Shown here piece after piece: positions 1 through 8,787 of a DNA stretch of 57,040 nt (position 1 is the stretch's first letter; every line of letters begins with the position of its first letter). This DNA comes from Candidatus Omnitrophota bacterium (GTDB lineage: Bacteria > Omnitrophota > Gorgyraeia > Tantalellales > Tantalellaceae). The notes beneath the pieces were generated by a model. That model saw only the letters and a list, made by a program, of their open reading frames with translations. It was not told the DNA's origin and made no database searches. Where the stretch lies: the NCBI GenBank assembly GCA_034723315.1, contig JAYEOV010000063.1, positions 1 to 57,040 of the forward strand. Direction: 5' to 3'. Made by a program: the position numbers and the translations under genes.

Positions 1-93
1 ATCCGCCAAGCCAAAACACAAATTATTCCAAGCAAAAAAACAACTTATAAATACAGTTATTACAAATATAACTGCTTTCCTAATCTTCATCAT
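1..93 (-). CDS. 5' part of a signal-peptide-bearing protein running off the window edge (candidate immunity/partner of the giant protein)
   Basis: Not in the ORF track. AGGAG SD lies 6 nt before ATG at 93 and the start overlaps the giant gene's last codons. Reads MMKIRKAVIFVITVFISCFFAWNNLCFGLAD and is open to position 1: basic N-terminus plus hydrophobic core. Confidence 0.7.
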   Translation of the reverse strand, partial: MMKIRKAVIFVITVFISCFFAWNNLCFGLAD

Positions 94-3000
94 TAAAATC
101 TCCTATTAAAGGTATCGTATTAAATTGGGGATAAATTCTATGAATATCACTTCTCTGTTTATTGCAAGAATTCGTTAATTCAACAATCAGTCGGTCATGC
201 TCATGCTCTATACCTTGTACTTGTCTGGTATATTCTTCCTCTGTAATTCTCCCTTCCAGATATAAAGATACTGTAAGGTTTGTTGCATTATTTTTATATT
301 CTTTAAATTCTTGTGATTTTACCCTAAAAAAGTCATCAATGTCATCAAGTTTACTCTGTCTTGAAGCATTATACATGTTTATAAAAGTATTGTAAACTTT
401 ACCGATCTTTGAAAATAAGGCGTACTGAGGGCTCGTTTCAGAAGCTAATGAATTAATCATGACTGTCAGAAAATCTTCTACCCCGCTGACATTTCCTTCA
501 AAAAAAGGGATACCGTTTTCAGTTTTAAGAACTAATGCTATTTTATTTGTTTCCTTTTCGAAAAAGATTATTTCGCCACTTCCTTGATTTGTTCCATTTT
601 GTTCAAATGCCTTTACCTGGATATCAAATTTATCACTATAACCTCCTACTATCCTAAACTCAGAAGGCTTTCCGTTATAATCATACTTAATTCTATCATT
701 GCCACTGCTGGGCTCTAAAACAAGAACCTGATCGCCTTCTGAATCTATATAGATACATTTCGTAGTTTTAAATCCATCTTTTACATCAATTCTTTTCATT
801 CCATTTCCTAAATCATGTTCTTGTTCTCCGCCTTCTAATTGATAACTTCCATCCGATTGTTGTTCATAAAAACAATGTTCGGTAACATTCCCTTCTCTCC
901 TGCCCATCAATCTGTCGTCATTCAAAGACAGATCTATAAAATTTGCTGTTTCCTTATCCTGCTCGCTGTTAATTTCACTTAAATATATTCTTTTTACTTG
1001 CTCGCCTTTACCATTTAGAGTGATCTCTACTTGATCCGGATTAGCTAATAAGTCGTATATCCCGCCCAATTTCCACATACTATTTATTGTTTCCTGATGG
1101 AAATACCCGGCAGCATATACCTCAATAGCTTTTCCAATTCCGTCTTCCTTTATCATATTAGTAAAATCAAGCAACTGTGCCATATAAGCGGCTTCTTGCC
1201 ACGGTGTAGCTCCCGGACCACCTAACGTTAAAAATCCCATTCCAGCTTCATAGGAAGAATCAAAAATTCCTCTTACAGGATCACCATCTTCTAAAAATCC
1301 TTCAATTGCCCCCGCTATAGCATTTGAAGACAGGGCTGCTATTAATGGATCAATGTTTAATGCCTGGGCCGCCCATTGCAAGCCTACCGAAGTTACTCCC
1401 TGAAGTAATCCTGTCTGAACATCTTTCCACAAATCCCCGGGACTTCCTCCACCCATCCCGAACGTCCCTAACCCCGCCTGTAAACTGCTCCTTATCCCGA
1501 TCCCTGCCAGGTAGGAAATTTTCGGGTCTAGGCCCAGGGTTTCAGCGAATTTTTGGACGCCTGAATACGCGAGTTCTCCGGAAACATGGGGTAAAATAGC
1601 GGTGTTAAGTGTATATGCCACTGCTTCAAGACCGGTAAGATGTTCCGTGATCAGGGCACCTTCCGGGCCGGTCATGGTCACGTCAATACCGTTAAGAAAC
1701 GATATCCCGAGACTGCAGGCGGCAGTCGCGGTAAGGTCTGTAATGAAAGGATCAAGCCCTGTTTCCCTGCCGAATATACTAATACCCGTTCTCGTGCTCG
1801 TCATCAACGCTCCCGTCATGAAATTCCCGGTCGGCATGAATCCGTTCACGAGAAAATCTCCGGTCATGAAACCGCCCGTAAGAAAAGACGCCGTAATTCT
1901 TGCGATATCGGAATTTATGTTCAAAAAGGACATGCCCTGCGTGAGAGCGATATTATAAGAGATCGCCGTCACCGTATTCAATGCCGCATTCAACGTGAAC
2001 GCCGGCAGGTTCGATACCAGTCCGTTCATGCTCCCCTTGAAAATACTGATACCGGTCTCTATCGAATCCCTTAATATCGCACCGGCGCCGGCGATACTTT
2101 CATAGAAGTTGATAATTATACCGGGCAGGTTGACTACGACCGTGAATACGCTTAGAACGAGTGTGGCGACCCCTAATATCCTGCTTATCATCTGGCAGAT
2201 TTCATTGTCTATAAAGGAAAGAGTGGCGGAAAGAACAGCGAAACCTATAATTATCCAGGACAGAAAGTCGAGGTTCCCCCTGACGCTGAGGGCCTCTTGA
2301 GCGGAAAGAGCTTTTCCTGCCGGCGGCGCCCTTTCCGAGATGGTATACCCCGTCCAGTGCATCCTGAAGGTCATGCTGTCAACGGTCACCGACTCGCCGG
2401 AAGCCCCGTTATTCGGCTCATAATACGTGACGTTCCCCTCCGCGTCGATACCGGTAACTATCACAAAGTGATCGCTGTCCATATGGACGATAACCTGTTC
2501 GCCGCTTTGCACAATATCGACCAGGTCCTCAAATTCTAGCCTGAAATTATATGCGACTGTTTCCGTATCTTCCAGCTGCTTATTGATATACCTGTTCATC
2601 GCGTAAAGCGATATTTCAAGCGCGCCTTCGGTAAAACAATCGATAGCGCCGGCCAGAATATCTATCAATATCAGGGATACCGCTACCAGCTCAAGTTCCT
2701 GCTCTATACCTTTATTTTTCAGATAGTTACGAACTGTATCAAAAGCGCAGTATCCGAAATTTATATCAGTGCCGGACATCCAGTCAATGATCAGGTCCAC
2801 GTCTTTTATTCCCCAGGCAGCCTTATTAAGCCCGTTTATTTCACCGGAAGTGAGCCCCAGGCTTTCAAGCAACGACTCCCTCTCTGATCCCGTGGTCCCC
2901 GGGTCCAGGTAATTATAAAGAAAATCCTTAACTCTCTTTCTTACAGCATTATTAAAAGCCGTCTTTCCCTGATACTCCGATGAACTCAGCAACTCTTTTC

Positions 3001-6000
3001 TCAATACACCAACATCAAACGCGATCCTGTTCCGCGGATCCAGGCAACCCTGAGTCCCGGCAACATCCAACCATGAATCGATCTCGTTCCGGCCGGGATT
3101 TCTCCCCAGGATCTTCGTATAATAAACACAGAGTATCTGTTCGACTTCCTGCTGAAGTATCTCGACCTCAGCATTCGCCTCTCTTTCCAGAACAATGGCC
3201 ATTGAACTATTGTACTCATCCATGATCCCTTGTTTTGCTTCAGCTATATCCTGATCTATCTGCTCATAGGCTTCCGCTTTTGCCCACACAAGCTTACTTC
3301 TCGTGTCCCCCACGTGCTGTATCTGCCGTTCTATATCATTTCTAACGCTGTTCTTTTTATTCCTGTCCCACGGCCATAAGGGCTTCCAGCTGTTCACAGC
3401 GTTTAGCTGGGAATAGAGCTGCCCTAACGCGTTATCGCACGATCCTATCTGAGAACCTATAGTATCCTCCACATGCTGGATCGCGCCGTGTTTCGCCTCT
3501 CCAAGATCACAAAGGGCCTGCGCCGTTTTTGTCTCTATTTCGATCCTGGCATTCCGAATATTTTCACTGGTCTTGATCCTTGTCCCTTCGTAATTTATGT
3601 CCACCAGATCGCCGTTATCATCGTATGAATATTTCACTACTGAATCCCATTCCGGGTCGGTTATCTCAACAAGACGCCCCAGGGCGCCAAAATGCTCGAC
3701 CCTCGAGTTCCCTTTCAGGGCGCAGATTATCTTCCCCCTTGGATCATATACTGTTCTCATCGTCCATGAGTCATCCTTGAAATAGTCAGGAAGGTGTTCC
3801 CTGGCAAGTTTTATCTCCGGGCCAAGCTGTTCTTCAAAGGAAAGTATCATATCATTCTGCACGGCATACTGCTTGAGGCCGTTCACATCGATCTGAAGCT
3901 TGGGTGAGTTCTCGTGAAAAACTTCCGGCGGAGTTTCACATTTCACAAAGACAGGGCCTTCATGATCTATAGAAGAACCCTTCCCGCATGAGATCTTCAC
4001 CCCGATATTGATGATCCTGGCAGGTTCAAAATTCCCTGCTGTTACGCCGTTGTAAATATATCCGTTCTTCGGCGTAAGCGTCACTGTGTACCAGGTATCT
4101 TCCTTCTCCAAAAAAACACTTGTCCCGTACTGGAAATCATATTCCTCGTCCTTCACGAAAACCTGTGCCCAGCAGGGTTCACCGGTTGAAGTTACCAGTC
4201 CCGACGGTATCTTTACCTTGAATTTCAGTTCCTTCCCGGTGAGATCTAAAGGACCCGGATAGTTATATCCCGGAACGTCATAACGCAGGTCGACGAACAT
4301 TTCGCCATGGTGATAATTTGTGTCAGCTGTCTTCAACTTTGTCTCCAGGACCCACTGGTCATTCGCATCGTCCCTGGTCAGCGCTCTTATCCCTGATATA
4401 TAGTCGATATCCTGGGCCCTCCAATCCCCGTTCTCCAGGTCAAGTGTGCCAATATCCGGACCGTCCCCGGGATCGACATATGTCCTCATAGCTTCCCAGC
4501 TTATATAATTCGGGTTGCCCGGGTCCGGCTGAACATCAGGGATCGCGCCAATATAAGGTTCTACGGATCCCTTGCTCACGAGCATGGGTGTCTCCACGTA
4601 TGTTTCCCCTTCAGGTAATTTAAAATCATTTCCATCCTTCATATAGATCTTTCCGTTGTAACTCTTGTTACTATAAGGAGTCTTTATCCTCAGCCCGATC
4701 AAACGTATATTATCGGCATTGAACCCGGGATCCATTACGCCCCAGGGACAATTCTTCCCGGAGGGGATCAGGCTGACCCTGTACCATATGCCATCCTGTG
4801 TCAGTGTCACTTCCGTCCCGTACTGGCTCAGCCACCTGTTGTCCTTGGCAAACACCTGCGCGATCAAAGGTTTTCCGTCCGAAAAAGCTCCTTCTGGCAA
4901 TTTCACAAGAAAACTTATTTCCTGATCACGCAGGCTCAACGGGCCTGAAACATTCCCGGCAAAATACTGCAGATCAAGATATATCTCTCCCTGACGATAC
5001 CCGTATTGAGAGCCGATCAAACCGGCATCGATAATAAGCTGATCATTCGCGGGATCGAAGGCGGCCCCTGAAAAACCTCTGGAGGAAATATGTGTCTGGA
5101 CTTTCCACGTATTACTATTACAAACCGTATCAAAACCTATCTTCTCTATCTCGATCTCCCCGGTAGTTATTGAAGAGGGCCATTCGTCAGGCTGGAACCG
5201 CAAGACCCGTCCCTTTGTATTCACGGCCACAAGGCGGTAATCCCTGTAAATAAGTTTTGTGTTATCATCCGTTATGATCTCCGTCCATTCCCCGTCGACA
5301 AAACATGTTCTGGTGGCCCCGTCCGTGAGCACCAGGGTAAACTTTTTCAACTTTCCGATACTGTCAAATTCAATATTCGTTATTACGATCCCGTTCGGGC
5401 AATCAACATGATCAACGTTACCATCAGCGTAATATATTATTGTTCCGTTATCTTTATGCAGTTCGACAAATTCCGATATCATATTGCCTTCATCGTCATG
5501 GTAAAACCTGTGTACATGCCCTCTTGTATCATGAAATTCACGGATCATGCCGTTTGGATCAAAAACACGCACGGCCCCGTCAAGATCCCTGATAGCCGTG
5601 CCTGTATCGGAATATGTGTAAATAAATTCATTAACGACCTTTTCGCCCTTCTTCTGGGTGAAATGGGCGAGCTTGCCATCGCTGTACTCGTAGTATGACT
5701 CAAGGCCGATATCATTCACCTGGTAATACAGCAGATCTTCCCTGTAATACCGGTAAGAATTTGACTGCAGGTCGTGAACAACGACTATCACCTCTCCTTC
5801 CGCGCCTGTTTCATACGCATAATCATATTCCCTGCCATCGGGATGTTTTGCGCGGGTAACGCGGTTCAGGCCATCAAGCGTATAACTGACACCTTCTTTG
5901 TCAGTGATCGCCGAGAGACGTTTATCTTCATACAGAAATCTGACCCCGCCGGTATCCACTATCGAAGTGATATCTCCGTTCTTATCAAAATCCACGATCA

Positions 6001-8080
6001 TATCTTCACGGGTGATGATCCTGACCAGGTCCCCTCCGGTATCGTAGATCCTCTGCAAATTACCTCTCTTTACAAGGACCTCATTGATATACCCCAGATC
6101 GTTTGAGGAATAATTGAATGATACGTTCCCGCCATCAGTCATGAGACCGGCGGGCAAACCGCTTTCACACGTCAACACTTCTCCCTTTACGTTACGGACC
6201 TCGCTGACCAGGCCTTGCTCATCGTAATATATGACCATCGGGATGTGATCATTATCACTGCTCCCGATAAGCTCTGACCTGTGCGCGCCTTCGGAAATAA
6301 AAGCGTACGTATACACGGGGCCTTCCGGGGTGGCTAGCCTTTTGAGGCGGCCATTCTCATACTCGGCTACCTCACCGTTCGGTTTCGCGAACTTTACGGG
6401 GATACCGTTCGGATCGTATGTACATATTGCCTCATTATTTATCGTCTTTACGTAATTTATGCCGCCGTTCTCATCTTTGTTGTAGTAAAAAACAGTAAGG
6501 CCCATGACGGAGGAATATTCGGTTACCTTATACCCTTCCCTGTACCGCGCCAGTGCCCCGCCGGCAAGCTTTGTCTGGAGCAAATTGCCGTTGTAAACAA
6601 CCCCAATAGACCCGTCAGAATATTCGATAAGGGCATTTCGAAGCTTTCCTTCGGGATCAAGTTCTATGCGCGATATTGTCGATCCATCTTCCTTGAGCGT
6701 GACAGAAAAAATCCCGCCGTCAAGATACCGGACAATGTCCCCGCTGGATGTAGTAACAGAAATGACCGAAGCCGGATCCGCCGTTTGGTCCTGACCGGCC
6801 GAAGCTTCATACCAGTATATAAGGTTACTGTCTTTATCAAATACCTTTATAGCGCCGGCCGCATAATATTCGTGGTAACCTGTCAGTTTGCCGTCAGAGT
6901 CGTAAAAATTTTCAGTATAGCTCGCATCGGGACCAACCTTTCTGATAAGTTTCCCCGTCCTGTCATAATAATAAGCCTTTCCGTCCCCATTCAGCTTTGC
7001 CTCTAACAACCACTCATCATCTGAATCATAATTATAGACCTTTATATCGACGATCTCGCCCTCTGTGTTATAACAGGTCAATATCTCTACCTTGCCGTCG
7101 GAACGCCTTGTATAGACCTTGGTCCTTCCATCGGAATAAACGATCCTGATAATTTTGCCTCTGGCGTCACGGAGAAATTGCCCCCCGCCGTCATATTCTT
7201 GAAAACAACCCGTTCTTATCCCGTTCGCATCAAAAAAATGTTGAACATAATACTGGACCTTATTATTCGCATAGTAACTGGTCAGGGATTTTCTTTGCCC
7301 GTCCGGCTGTCTCGTATAGACCTTATATCTGCCGTCGGCGTAAACCTTCTTGATAAGTTCATTATTAGCGTCATAATGCGTTTCGCTTCCGTCCCCATTT
7401 ATCTGTGACCAACCTGTTCTTACACCGTTTTGATCATAGGTAGTTATATTTTTATAAATTAACCCGCCATCCGACCTGCAATAGGTCATGGTCTCCACTC
7501 TACCGTCAGAACGCCTCGTGTAAATCCTGTAACTGCCATTGGAATCAACCTTCTTTACAAGTTTATCATCAGCATCGTAGTGATACTCTCTCCCGTCAGG
7601 ATGTTTCCTTATCCGACCCGTGCTTTCACCGTTTGAATTATAACTGTATTCATATGTATAAATAACGCTGCTATCGGCCTTATAATAGGCCATCTTTTCG
7701 ACCTTGCCGTCAGGGCGTCTCGTATAGATCTTATATCTGCCGTCAGAGTAGATCCGTTCCTTCAGTTGACCTTCCAGATAGTAATAAACGTTTCCTCCCG
7801 AGGATGTCTTCACCGTGTCATATTCCACACCATGAGGTGAGACAGGATTATTTGAAGGTGTAAAATCTTCGATAGCGTTCCTGGTATTAACGAGGGATTC
7901 AACAGAAGCCTGGTTAGCTGTAAGATCATTGGGGACCATCAAGCCTGATGGATCGTTTATCGGATTTGCCGTCGGGTCCAGCAGGTCTGCCGCCCACGCT
8001 ATCTGGTTCCATAAAAAAATCCCGGCCAGGGCAACCGAGATCATCTTGACGGACATTTTTGACCGATTTTGCGTATTCAT
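80..8080 (-). CDS. Giant secreted YD-repeat protein with CBM-like domains, C39-like peptidase and variable C-terminus (polymorphic toxin/adhesin-like), 2666 aa
   Basis: AGGAGG SD before ATG 8080; signal peptide ending NQIAWA; many YD/YDxxG beta repeats; duplicated AQVFxKD...QYG domain; Cys...VIVHMDSDHFVIV...YYEP; hydrophobic helices after residue ~1935. Confidence 0.8.
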   Translation of the reverse strand: MNTQNRSKMSVKMISVALAGIFLWNQIAWAADLLDPTANPINDPSGLMVPNDLTANQASVESLVNTRNAIEDFTPSNNPVSPHGVEYDTVKTSSGGNVYYYLEGQLKERIYSDGRYKIYTRRPDGKVEKMAYYKADSSVIYTYEYSYNSNGESTGRIRKHPDGREYHYDADDKLVKKVDSNGSYRIYTRRSDGRVETMTYCRSDGGLIYKNITTYDQNGVRTGWSQINGDGSETHYDANNELIKKVYADGRYKVYTRQPDGQRKSLTSYYANNKVQYYVQHFFDANGIRTGCFQEYDGGGQFLRDARGKIIRIVYSDGRTKVYTRRSDGKVEILTCYNTEGEIVDIKVYNYDSDDEWLLEAKLNGDGKAYYYDRTGKLIRKVGPDASYTENFYDSDGKLTGYHEYYAAGAIKVFDKDSNLIYWYEASAGQDQTADPASVISVTTSSGDIVRYLDGGIFSVTLKEDGSTISRIELDPEGKLRNALIEYSDGSIGVVYNGNLLQTKLAGGALARYREGYKVTEYSSVMGLTVFYYNKDENGGINYVKTINNEAICTYDPNGIPVKFAKPNGEVAEYENGRLKRLATPEGPVYTYAFISEGAHRSELIGSSDNDHIPMVIYYDEQGLVSEVRNVKGEVLTCESGLPAGLMTDGGNVSFNYSSNDLGYINEVLVKRGNLQRIYDTGGDLVRIITREDMIVDFDKNGDITSIVDTGGVRFLYEDKRLSAITDKEGVSYTLDGLNRVTRAKHPDGREYDYAYETGAEGEVIVVVHDLQSNSYRYYREDLLYYQVNDIGLESYYEYSDGKLAHFTQKKGEKVVNEFIYTYSDTGTAIRDLDGAVRVFDPNGMIREFHDTRGHVHRFYHDDEGNMISEFVELHKDNGTIIYYADGNVDHVDCPNGIVITNIEFDSIGKLKKFTLVLTDGATRTCFVDGEWTEIITDDNTKLIYRDYRLVAVNTKGRVLRFQPDEWPSSITTGEIEIEKIGFDTVCNSNTWKVQTHISSRGFSGAAFDPANDQLIIDAGLIGSQYGYRQGEIYLDLQYFAGNVSGPLSLRDQEISFLVKLPEGAFSDGKPLIAQVFAKDNRWLSQYGTEVTLTQDGIWYRVSLIPSGKNCPWGVMDPGFNADNIRLIGLRIKTPYSNKSYNGKIYMKDGNDFKLPEGETYVETPMLVSKGSVEPYIGAIPDVQPDPGNPNYISWEAMRTYVDPGDGPDIGTLDLENGDWRAQDIDYISGIRALTRDDANDQWVLETKLKTADTNYHHGEMFVDLRYDVPGYNYPGPLDLTGKELKFKVKIPSGLVTSTGEPCWAQVFVKDEEYDFQYGTSVFLEKEDTWYTVTLTPKNGYIYNGVTAGNFEPARIINIGVKISCGKGSSIDHEGPVFVKCETPPEVFHENSPKLQIDVNGLKQYAVQNDMILSFEEQLGPEIKLAREHLPDYFKDDSWTMRTVYDPRGKIICALKGNSRVEHFGALGRLVEITDPEWDSVVKYSYDDNGDLVDINYEGTRIKTSENIRNARIEIETKTAQALCDLGEAKHGAIQHVEDTIGSQIGSCDNALGQLYSQLNAVNSWKPLWPWDRNKKNSVRNDIERQIQHVGDTRSKLVWAKAEAYEQIDQDIAEAKQGIMDEYNSSMAIVLEREANAEVEILQQEVEQILCVYYTKILGRNPGRNEIDSWLDVAGTQGCLDPRNRIAFDVGVLRKELLSSSEYQGKTAFNNAVRKRVKDFLYNYLDPGTTGSERESLLESLGLTSGEINGLNKAAWGIKDVDLIIDWMSGTDINFGYCAFDTVRNYLKNKGIEQELELVAVSLILIDILAGAIDCFTEGALEISLYAMNRYINKQLEDTETVAYNFRLEFEDLVDIVQSGEQVIVHMDSDHFVIVTGIDAEGNVTYYEPNNGASGESVTVDSMTFRMHWTGYTISERAPPAGKALSAQEALSVRGNLDFLSWIIIGFAVLSATLSFIDNEICQMISRILGVATLVLSVFTVVVNLPGIIINFYESIAGAGAILRDSIETGISIFKGSMNGLVSNLPAFTLNAALNTVTAISYNIALTQGMSFLNINSDIARITASFLTGGFMTGDFLVNGFMPTGNFMTGALMTSTRTGISIFGRETGLDPFITDLTATAACSLGISFLNGIDVTMTGPEGALITEHLTGLEAVAYTLNTAILPHVSGELAYSGVQKFAETLGLDPKISYLAGIGIRSSLQAGLGTFGMGGGSPGDLWKDVQTGLLQGVTSVGLQWAAQALNIDPLIAALSSNAIAGAIEGFLEDGDPVRGIFDSSYEAGMGFLTLGGPGATPWQEAAYMAQLLDFTNMIKEDGIGKAIEVYAAGYFHQETINSMWKLGGIYDLLANPDQVEITLNGKGEQVKRIYLSEINSEQDKETANFIDLSLNDDRLMGRREGNVTEHCFYEQQSDGSYQLEGGEQEHDLGNGMKRIDVKDGFKTTKCIYIDSEGDQVLVLEPSSGNDRIKYDYNGKPSEFRIVGGYSDKFDIQVKAFEQNGTNQGSGEIIFFEKETNKIALVLKTENGIPFFEGNVSGVEDFLTVMINSLASETSPQYALFSKIGKVYNTFINMYNASRQSKLDDIDDFFRVKSQEFKEYKNNATNLTVSLYLEGRITEEEYTRQVQGIEHEHDRLIVELTNSCNKQRSDIHRIYPQFNTIPLIGDFNDED

Positions 8081-8135
8081 TTCCCTACCTCCTGTTTCAT
8101 TAATAGCCGAAAGCGTTTTACTTCCATCCTTTAAA

Positions 8136-8203
8136 TAAAAAAGCCGGGCCGCCTATTGATAGAACGCGAAAGATCGCGAAATAAACCAATCGGCAACCCG
8201 GCT
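8136..8203 (-). terminator. Intrinsic terminator forming the riboswitch expression platform
   Basis: Minus strand AGCCGGGTTGCCGATTGGT...ATCAATAGGCGGCCCGGCT followed by TTTTTT. The 5' arm is the aptamer's 3' strand. Confidence 0.75.
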
Positions 8204-8368
8204 ATGCGTCACTCCCCGTCCAAATCTCAGAGAGCAACATTTGGAAGGCATCCGTAGCTTTGTCCAGGCTTTGCTTCCTCAGCTTTGCCTGGTCCGCCGA
8301 AACCGATCGATCCGGGATCAACCGGCGCAGACGGAGTCCCTGCCTCACGGCAGGTTTACCTTTGTCAC
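8186..8368 (-). ncRNA. c-di-GMP-I (GEMM-I) class riboswitch, atypical (A at position 20; 72-nt internal insertion)
   Basis: Minus strand GGTAAACC-TGCC-GTGA-GGCA-GGGAC...ACAAAGCTACGG...ATAGCCGGGTTGCCGA matches the GEMM-I P2/P3 consensus. It lies between a promoter and the giant gene. Confidence 0.75.
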
Positions 8369-8389
8369 ATTCATAAAGAACACATTTAT

Positions 8390-8418
8390 ACTTTAACTCA
8401 AGTTTTATCTTTTGTCAA
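8390..8418 (-). promoter_or_regulatory. sigma70-type promoter for the riboswitch/giant gene
   Basis: TTGACA (8418-8413), 17-nt spacer, TAAAGT (8395-8390), just upstream of the aptamer. Confidence 0.65.
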
Positions 8419-8522
8419 GTTAATTTTTCACTTTTTACAAATCTTACGGTATTTAAATAGGGCCGGATAATATAATAATATAATACCGTCTATGAAACTA
8501 ATCCTACACCGTCACTATTTAC

Positions 8523-8671
8523 AATCCCACACCTGTACCCTATTCTAAACCCAGACCAGTACCGTGTTCAAGTTTCTTGAAAGAATTTTGTCATACATAA
8601 AGAGCGGATCATGGACAAGTCGGATGAGATATTAGATGATTATGTGGCCTGAGGGGTACAGGTGTGAGATT
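8523..8671. repeat. 18-bp imperfect inverted repeat pair
   Basis: aatcccacacctgtaccc (8523-8540) versus gggtacaggtgtgagatt (8654-8671), 1 mismatch. Confidence 0.6.
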
Positions 8672-8787
8672 AACTTTGGGGACAGGTGTAAGATCAGCCT
8701 TAGGTACAACTGTGGGTTCAATTTGATAAACGGTACTGTTAAACTAACGGTACTGTTAAAACTGTTAAAAAAACTCTTCCGTTTTCC

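Noticed and set aside
80-8080. Calling the giant protein a canonical Rhs/T6SS or CdiA toxin
   Set aside because: I found no PxxxxDPxG Rhs-core terminus, PAAR/VgrG, TPS domain or VENN motif. It has a Sec-type signal and a C39-like module instead.
162-8470. Short + strand ORFs opposite the giant gene and across the riboswitch (e.g. 1640-2074, 8285-8470)
   Set aside because: Antisense shadows with no recognisable motifs; the 8285-8470 ORF overlaps the riboswitch and promoter.
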